64,000 nucleotides of DNA from Schmidtea polychroa (Eukaryota): positions 45,944,001 to 46,008,000 of the forward strand of contig CM097885.1 in NCBI GenBank assembly GCA_044892525.1, read 5' to 3'. The notes beneath the pieces are model-generated. The model saw only the letters and a program-made list of their open reading frames with translations. It was not told where the DNA came from and ran no database searches. Below, in pieces: positions 55,201 to 64,000 of this stretch (its first letter is position 1; the number at the start of each line of letters is the position of its first letter). Position numbers and translations under genes: made by a program.

Positions 55201-56259
55201 CCGAAATTAATATTAAGTATAATCATTGTAATTGATTGCGATTGGGAAAAAATTAATTTGAAAATTCCCATTGAAAGTAATAAAATGATTCGATAAAAAG
55301 TAAATGAAGCAAAAAATTTTTTTTTAAAAACGAAAATATCTTATAAATAAAATATGAACTAGTGCGAATTGTGGTGGTCGGATAATGATTTGTTCAATTC
55401 AATTGATTTTGTTCAATCTAATTTTGAATATGAAATATACTGGCAACGATTTACCATGAACCCCCATTTGAAAAATAAATACGATTTTTGCAGTCAATAC
55501 CAACAAGGGCCTTCTTGAAACATTAACGTTGGCATGTCATGCAAATCTTAGTTACGGGCGGTTGTATCGTTCCATAATTTGTTTTTCATTTGGTCTTTTT
55601 AATACATGGTTTTGCTTAAAATTTAATGGGGGCTCGGTTATGGTTGAATGAACATTTTCAATTGCTAATCAACAACAGAGAGTTTTAACCCTTAATAGTC
55701 AAAATGACCGCACATCGTGGCCATCACGATTATACTATCAAAAGTTGTCGAATGTTCAGGGTTAACTATTTTTATTCGCAGAATATTTATTAATTTCTCG
55801 TGAGAAAAAAGAATTTTTAATTTCTATTCATATATTTTTAATAAAGAAAAAATTATTTCTAAAATTAATTTAAAATTTTTCAAATTCTAAATCAGTGGTA
55901 AAAAACCAATTATGGTATTAATTAATTCAATAATTAACTGATTAAGAATTACGCAATAATCGCTTATAATCTATTAAAAATTAATTTCAAATTATTATTG
56001 ATTGACAATTTTTAAATCAACCAATCAATAACTCTGACATAGAAAACAATAAAAAATAATGCATTTTATCTGAGTTTTTTCTGGAAAATAATTATAATCA
56101 ACCAAAAGCATTGAAAATAAAATATGAAATATTTTAATATTTAATAATTATTTAATTTTTAAAAGAAATTTATGTGCATTTTCATGGCAAAACCATTGTA
56201 CAAACACCTGTTTTTAATTTAGCAATACACACGCACACCGATAAACATGTATGTAAATG

Positions 56260-56498
56260 CTCGATTCTGATTGGTGGATTATGATTTCAATCACGATAAA
56301 GCGCTTTTGATTAACAGTACAATCACAGAGGAGAAGATTACTATTGAATGCCGATGCATGCCTAAAGTATGAGAAGTTCAATCTGATTGGCGCTTACCGT
56401 CATCTTGCTATTGAGTAAATAAAATTCGCTAATATAAACTCAATTTGGAAAAAAGAGTTTACATTTGAAAAAAAACTTACACCAGTCAATCTAAATAA
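56260..56498 (+). promoter_or_regulatory. Putative core promoter and short non-coding first exon of the Gfi-like gene
   Basis: Two reverse CCAAT boxes (ctgattgg at ~56268 and ~56383), TATAAA at ~56433, and a candidate intron gtaaat...attag at 56499-56581 ending immediately before the ATG. Confidence 0.4.
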
Positions 56499-56581
56499 GT
56501 AAATAAATTATTTATTTTTATAAATTTTAATTATAATTTCCCTTTTCATTGATTTATTTATTTTAATTTATATTTTATTAG

Positions 56582-59479
56582 ATGTATCGAACCGATATGA
56601 TTCAGTCTCATAATGGGTTGGCAAAACCAGATCTAAATAATGCATCGCTTCAATTTCCGTGGTTACCGCTTTTTAGACAATGTAACGTTTAAAGCTAAGA
56701 TTTTCAAACTGAATAATTGTTTTTTTATTAGTTCTTGGATTAAACCCACCATTTCCTGGATTTCCCAATAATCACCCGAACATATTAGCCAAACAAATTT
56801 TCAATAACCACACCAACTTTTTGTTGAACGGTTTATCGAAAACATTTTCACCTCCATCATCAAGCATGCCAAGATTAATGTCACCTTACAATTTCTCAAA
56901 AATTGATACCAGTGTTCACAGCTCCCCAGAAATTAGCTTACATGGTGATAGTAGTCTTGGAGATGTCAATGGAAATGGTAACCTCAACGGACTAGAAAAC
57001 AATGACAATAATTTGGATGTTAATAATAATTTCAAATGTATGCGATGCAAAAAGTATTTCCCAAATTCCCATGGTTTGGAAGTCCATGTTAGAAGGTGAG
57101 AGAAAATTTTCCATTTCAATATGTCGGGTTTAAATATAATTCTAGATCGCATAGTGGTCGTCGACCTTATGAATGTGATATCTGCCCGAAAAGTTTTGGA
57201 CATTCAGTTAGTTTATCCCAACACCGAGTAACTCATACACAGGAGAAACAATTTCAATGTCCTCAGTGTGGAAAAAGATTCAAACGGTCATCGACTTTAA
57301 GCACACATTTATTGATTCACACCGGAAATCGACCTTTTCCTTGTCCTTATTGTTCAAAAAGTTTCCATCAAAAATCAGACATGAAAAAACACACCTATAC
57401 GCATACAGGTAGAATTGCTTTGTGTTTTTATTTTTAAAATTTATTTTATATGAATAATTAAATGATAAAAATGAATGTATTATTGTCCACTAGTCTGGTA
57501 TTAAGGGAAATTTAAGTTGTGCTTGCATACTTTTTCAAATAAATTTTAAACCCTCTCGAGATAACAATGAAGTTAGTATTTAAACAATGGATAGTGTATA
57601 AAAATTGAATACAATGAAAAAGTCTATGTGAGGTTTGAACAATAATGAGTTAAGCATCGTTTTTAATATTGGGAGATGATGATTCCCTTGAGGATTTGAA
57701 TCTGAGGACAATAAACAAACAATAAATGCATAACCTTCAGTACCAGTAGCATGTTAGATTAGGTTTTGGCCGCCATAATAACCGATTTTAATCTATTATT
57801 ATTATAATGGCATGTTACCGTCTTTATATTTTGGTATTATATGAATTGATACCAGCATTTATCGTCCCCAGGTAGACGTTATTTCTAATGGTAATTATTT
57901 CGTTTAATTCAATAACATGGCTTTAAAGTGAATGTAGGACTTGGGTAAGTGGTCAAATAGTTTGTTTAAAATAATGAACTATCACATGTGGATAAATAGG
58001 TTTTCTATTTCGAATAATTATTATTATTATAATTATCATAATAATTAGGATAATAATAATTTAATTTATTTTTATTATGATAAAAAATCAAAAAAAATAT
58101 TTTTCTATTTTATCAATTGTTATTATTATTTTTATTATATTTAATATTAATTATAATAAATCTAATATTTATTGTAATATTTACGATAAAATCTACTTTC
58201 TAATACAATATTAATTACATGATATCTGATTTCCAGAATCAACAAAATTGGATTTGTTTTGATTTTTAGAATTTAGATTAATGAAAATAATATTGCTATT
58301 ATCTTTTTTTTAATTTTGTTTATTAAAATTTTCCTTAATTATTAATTATAGCCATGTTGTTGTCGATTAGAAATTTCCCATACTACTCGAGATTTATTGA
58401 GACTGTTAATCGATATTTTGTGGGTCTAAAATATTTTGTGTTTATGGAGAAAAAAAAATCAAAAAAAAGGAATTTTTTTACTCATATTATATGTTAATTA
58501 TCGCATTTGAGTTTGTATTTTTTTTGTTTAAGGGGATAATTGTTAATTTTATTTTTGAGAGTTGGGTTTTGTTTAAGTCGATTAGAAATTGAATTATTGA
58601 TTGGTTTTCTTCTCTTTTATTCTATTAAAACATCAGACGAATCTGGGATTTTTTTTTTCGTTTTCCGATTTGATGAAAGTGAAAAAATCTCCGTTGTTAT
58701 AAGCTCGACGGATAAAGAAGATGTCATTAGTGATCACCGGAGGGGTTATTTATTAATTTCTCTTTTAATAAAAATATTATTCAATGTTAACGTAATATTT
58801 TATTGTTTGTTTATTTTGTTTTATCTCGGAATGGAAATTAGTTTCTCGGTGAATATATTTTTTTCATTTCAATTTTTTGTCAGTAGATAAGGTTACCAAT
58901 TATTTCATGGAACAAAAGAGAAATCTATTATTATTATTTTTATGGATATGAGATAAAAAACAACACTTCATTCCGACATCTTACGTGACAATTTCTCAGA
59001 AAACTCCTAGATGCCACAAGCTGATAAACACTAATTACAAGAATCAATTTTGATATAGATAAATTCGTTATAAAATTATATGAATTATTTTTCAAACGAT
59101 TTTAGTAATAGTATTTAATTAATTTTTTCTAGGAGAAAAACCATACAAATGTGTCGTCTGTGGAAAAGCCTTCAGTCAATCATCCAATCTGATAACGCAT
59201 TCAAGAAAACATTCCGGAGAAAAACCATTTTGGTGTCATAAATGTTCAAGGGGTTTCCAGCGAAATGTCGATTTGAGAAGACACATCCAATCACAACATG
59301 GCGATGACACTGAAACGTTTTGTAAAAGTCTGGACAAATTATTCCCAATTAATGATGAAAACCAGCCAGCAGATTCTGTGAAAATCGAACCAATGGAAAA
59401 TGCGATAGATTTTCAAATCAAAAAAACCTTTTTACCATATTCAGTCGACAATATTCTTTCAAACAATTCCAACAGCTAA
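56582..59479 (+). CDS. gfi1: Gfi-1/senseless/pag-3 family C2H2 zinc-finger transcription factor; exons 56582-56681, 56732-57095, 57146-57408, 59133-59479 (357 aa)
   Basis: GT-AG introns of 50, 50 and 1724 nt join in frame. Six fingers carry Gfi-diagnostic sequences [63 protein letters not shown] and [10 protein letters not shown]. Confidence 0.93.
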
Positions 59480-60938
59480 AAACTTTAAATTCCAATTTTA
59501 TAAGATTGTTTACTAATTCCTTTGTATATAAAAAATTGAAAAACCTATAGAATGAAATTGTATTTAAAAAGTTAATAGAGCTTCAGATTTGACTTATTAA
59601 AATTATTATTATTATTTTTTTTTTTATTATCATGTTGATATCAATTAGAAAATTTATTTGATATATGATATATTTCTTGATGACGTAATAATAAAAATTA
59701 AAGGATACTATTTAGATTTTTATGTTTCATTGTGGATTTTTTCTCCTGAATAATTCAGCAGTTTTACAAATCGTTACATCACTCACGACTGGGTTTTCCC
59801 AAAATTTTTGTTGTGATAAAAATTTTCGTTACGGTGATTTATTTTTTCCAATTTTGAAAGTTTCTATATTAATTGTTATTGTTAATTTTATTGTTATTTA
59901 CCGAGTCAAAATAAACTGCAAATGTGGTGAAGTTGAAATTTTCATTTAAATAATTAATCTATGGAAAATATATTTTTATATCTTACCAAAACATTGACTA
60001 AGGGAATTTTAGTGATAATATATTGTATTGGTCGATGGGGATAGTTTCATTCAATTCTACAGAAAATAGTTGGACGATTATTTCCAGGAAAAACAAATTG
60101 AACAAATTACTGGGATTCTTGTTTTAAGTGTGACATCATTTAGGAAAAGTCAAATGAATAAAAAAAACATTGTAGCTTAGCATCATCAATTTTTTATTAG
60201 TTTTTGTTAGGGATTTCTCAATTTGTTGAACGTAAAAAGAAACAGTGAATTAAATATTATTAATTATAAATTAATGGCTATAGATTTGTTTTAAAATATC
60301 TATTTAATAAATTAATAATATTGTTTCTTTTTAAATCAATAATGTTTTCCTGTGAAATATTACGTAATATTGTATGATTTTCGTTTTCGCTTTTTTTTCA
60401 TTTGTTTACAGTTTCAACTTTTTAGTCAATAAATTTGTAATTTTTAATAATTTTCAGTATTGGTAAAGGAAAAGTGGTCAATTTAATTAATTATTTATTT
60501 ATTGATATTTGATAAATAAAACAATAATAATTAAAACGAGTAAACTTTTACATAACTAAGTCTTTTTTGTGAGCGGAGTGTGGTGATCAACTATTTTTGA
60601 AATTTGGATAAATTGAAATTATATAAAAATTAAACTTTAATTAATTAATTAATTAATTTTTATTTATACACATATAACAATAAAAATCACTTTGTTTATT
60701 ATAAACAAATTTTGTAATAAGACAATTTTTTGAATAGCGTTTTGTTTCATTTGTCATTTGTCATTTTTATGTTTTTATTTGACAAAAACAAAATTGTTTT
60801 TTATTTTATTCACTCATAAATTTATCAAGTTATCCAGCATTTCAAGTTGCGACGTTCCAATTCTGTAACCTACATTTCCGATGAACTTCATGCCGTTTCA
60901 CATATTGGTAGAGATCGTCAATACGTCACACAAGAACT

Positions 60939-61186
60939 CAGTGCCGGCTTTAGGCAATTTTGAAATAATGCTGCTATTGGCGGGTGATTGGGTAATCTGT
61001 TACCACGGGGTGATCGCAGAGCCGGACTTAGACAATTTGGTGCTACATTAAAAGTGCTATATAAAAAGTGATACTAGTAGCTCGAATCACAACAAATAAT
61101 TTTCGTAACATAAAATTTTGCCGGGCCTTAAAATAATGTCGCTTTAGTCAGCCGCTCTATGTCGCCTATACCTAAAGCCGGCACTG
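60939..61186 (+). mobile_element. hAT-type MITE
   Basis: Perfect 16-bp TIR cagtgccggctttagg / cctaaagccggcactg with perfect 8-bp TSD CAAGAACT. Confidence 0.92.
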
Positions 61187-61566
61187 CAAGAACTCATCAA
61201 AATTGCATATCGAAAGCCATTGTGTGAACACTATCCAGACAAAGAAAAGCAACCATTGAAGAAATATTCCGAAAAAATACTATAAGGAGCAAATTCATTT
61301 TTGTTATAATGAGTTATTTAAAGATTTGCGTTTTAATAAATTTAAAAATTGTATTTATAGATAATTTAAATTTATTATTTAATAATGTTTTTTAAAAATG
61401 CCTGAAAAAAATAAAAGTTGGCCATATCTAAAGAAATAAATGGATCAATTATAATAAAATGCCTCCTATCACCAAACATTATTAAAATCCCTTATTTATT
61501 ATTTTAATTAAAGTATCACATCTTTCTTTATCAGTACCCAATTTTTGTGTCCACGTTGCTTTAGAT

Positions 61567-61822
61567 CAAGGGTTCTTAACTTTTTCAAACTTTGGACCCT
61601 ATAAATATATAATTTTTACCGACGGACCCCTAAAATGTTAACAAATTAATAAACTGATAGTAAAACACATACATTTTTTAATAATTATTTATAAATCTGT
61701 TTATTCAGCTTCAAACAAAAATAATAAAAAATAATTAAGATTAATGTGAATAATGCCGCGGACCACTTGGAACCCGTTCGCCGACCCCTGGGGGTCCATG
61801 GACCTCAGGTTAAGAACCACTG
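61567..61822. mobile_element. hAT (Charlie/Buster-like) MITE
   Basis: TIRs caagggttcttaac / gttaagaaccactg, perfect 8-bp TSD CTTTAGAT, internal ggacccc motifs. Confidence 0.9.
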
Positions 61823-63340
61823 CTTTAGATAAATTACGGCAAACTCTAACTAAATAATATATTTAACGCTTTGATTTAAATGAGCCCACATTTTATGATA
61901 ACACGAAATAATGCAATTGGGTTTTCTCAGTCATATCATGGTGACAGGCTTCATACTATTTCGACATATCCTCTCTAAAGTTCGGGCAATTTCTTTGGAA
62001 TTTCCAAAGTAAGACTAATAACAGAGGTTAAGCTTGAGAACTAAGTAGGCATAAAAATATACACCTTTTAAATGAAAGTACAAACGGAACTCGTTATTGG
62101 TGTTTCTAAGTGAAACAATTAATACGTTCATGACATTGTGTACCACGTAAAGTTTAATATAAACCTGTTAGTGAAGGTATGGTCATTTTTGAACATAATT
62201 CTTTTTCTCAGTTGCACAATATTATTTGAGTTCAAAGATTGAGGTAAGTAAAAAGAACAATATAGATATATTATAATCTCATATACATAATATACACAAT
62301 GTCAGAACGTGCTAAACCAGTTTTCACTATGCGGTTAATATAATTTTTGTCAAACTCAGCTTTCAATTCAACAGGTTATCTCTAGGACGAGGTCCATCGG
62401 TATTTTCCATATATTGATAACCTAAATGAATCGTAAATTTATAAAGGTCTCTTTAAAAATAAAATCAGATATTAGATTCTAATACGGGCGCCTCCAGAAT
62501 AGTTGTATAAAATAACGCACGTGGAAATAAATATTAATCTCACCAAATGTTCAGCGGTAATGAGTTGCGGCAATGCTTTTTAAACATGGTCTTGTATAAA
62601 ATATTGAATTCGCAAAGCAATTCATCACAGTATAAAGTTATATGAAATTGTGCTTTGAAATTTGGGGTGGTGGTGAGGAAAGAGGTTAAGGATATATGTA
62701 ACTCTAAAAGGGGAAAAGAAGAAAAAATAGTAATTTTTCTTGATTTTGATGCATACTGATTAATTTAATATTGATTTTTAAAATTTAATTTTTATGCTCA
62801 AAAATATTTTTTTGACAATCCATCTTCAAGTCTGATTTTGGCACTTCAATGAAACATTAATGCGAGCTATATGCTGAAAATAAATATCATGACAATGCAA
62901 GACTTTTTGACAAGTAAGAGTAAGTCAGAAATGTCTTTTCCTACAAAATTCATAGATAGAATCCAGGCGCCCAACTCAAATAGCGTCCATCGTGCTCTCT
63001 CTCTCTCTACTAAAATGACAAAACATCGTAATGTGCCCAATGGCACAGTGAAGCACCAATAACATCAGAACATCTTATTATTCTAAACTCTCTAAAACAA
63101 GCAATTTTGTACCAGAACGTAGCCATTTGAGAGCTTCACACTTTTGTAAATCTCAGGTCAAAAAATACCATGTTTGAGATCGCTTTTGCCATATTTGGAT
63201 TAAAAAATTATAAGGAATCAAACTAAGCGACCCATGCAAATAAAATTTTCTATACAACAAATATTTTAATTTATCTGCCAATACTCTGTCAATATAATCT
63301 GGAGGGCTACGTAAATTTAGTCTAAACATTTATAAAAACA

Positions 63341-63700
63341 TTATAAGAACTTGTTTTTTCAAATTTCACCACTGATTTCTTTTCCATTGACATTGTATTT
63401 ATTAAAAAGCTTGACTTTGATTTTTAACAATTTATAAAAATGATATTAGTATACATTTTTCATATAAAAATATCAGGTAGTTACATATTTACTTTCAATT
63501 AATTAAAAAGAGAGTTTGAAGAATTTTCGAATTTTCGGTACTGCCTTTTTAAAGTGAATGTTTCAAGTGAAAGGCAGTGCCGAAAATTTGTGAGTATCAA
63601 AAAACATCGATATATTACTGATTTATAGTCTTCAAGCTCTCTTTCTAATAAATTCAATTGGAAAAATAATCAGTGGTGAAATTGGTAAAAAAGGTTCTTA
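63341..63700. repeat. Cluster of dispersed-repeat copies in inverted arrangement
   Basis: 63341-63410 is a reverse copy. 63505-63700 is a partial fold-back closely similar to 52011-52237. Confidence 0.8.
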
Positions 63701-64000
63701 TAATATATTTCCTTTCATTTAACGGGGGAATAGAATCATAATTCAGGTTAAAACCCTAACTTCCCCGACTCAGTCGCATATCGGGTACCTGATGACAGTT
63801 ATATGTTTAAGTGGGTTTATTCAATTGTCCTAGAATTTCCACTGCACCTTAGCTCATCGTTTCCCAAAGTGTGAGTCGTGACCCGCCACCAGGCCGCGGC
63901 CAAAAAAGTTTTGGGAAACTATACCTTAGCTCCAAAGTAATTTGTGTATATTTTTGACATTTTACTGAAACTTTGTTATCAAAACCAACGATACTAAAGG

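Noticed and set aside
55685..55765. Tiny TTAA-CCCT...AGGG-TTAA piggyBac-like element
   Set aside because: Only 4 bp of TIR beyond TTAA; could easily be chance.
56359..56373. ATGCCTAAA|gtatga as a split SNAG (MPK...) mini-exon; also the internal MPRLM
   Set aside because: No downstream exon supplies SFLV, and the internal MPR is not N-terminal and does not match SNAG.

Overview
Very AT-rich eukaryotic (animal) genomic DNA. The ~50-nt introns, long (AAT)n tracts and TE spectrum suggest a planarian-like invertebrate, but that is inference. One intact host gene is visible: a 4-coding-exon Gfi-1/senseless/pag-3-family six-zinc-finger factor (56582-59479, +), with no SNAG motif seen and a C-terminal eh1-like motif. 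The ~56 kb upstream is mostly decayed transposons: a frameshifted Penelope-like retroelement (PLE), Tigger, Merlin, DD39D-type mariner, hAT, piggyBac, Helitron and Gypsy remnants, and several MITEs. The most notable signals are (1) at least five well-formed hammerhead ribozyme (HHR) motifs plus decayed ones, including a ~359-bp retrozyme-like unit that starts at its own cleavage site, shows compensatory stem changes between copies and carries the U1 snRNA 5' sequence ATACTTACCTGG just upstream of the ribozyme, and (2) a long-inverted-repeat element enclosing fused cold-shock-domain and actin gene fragments. All calls come from reading the sequence by eye; no searches were run.
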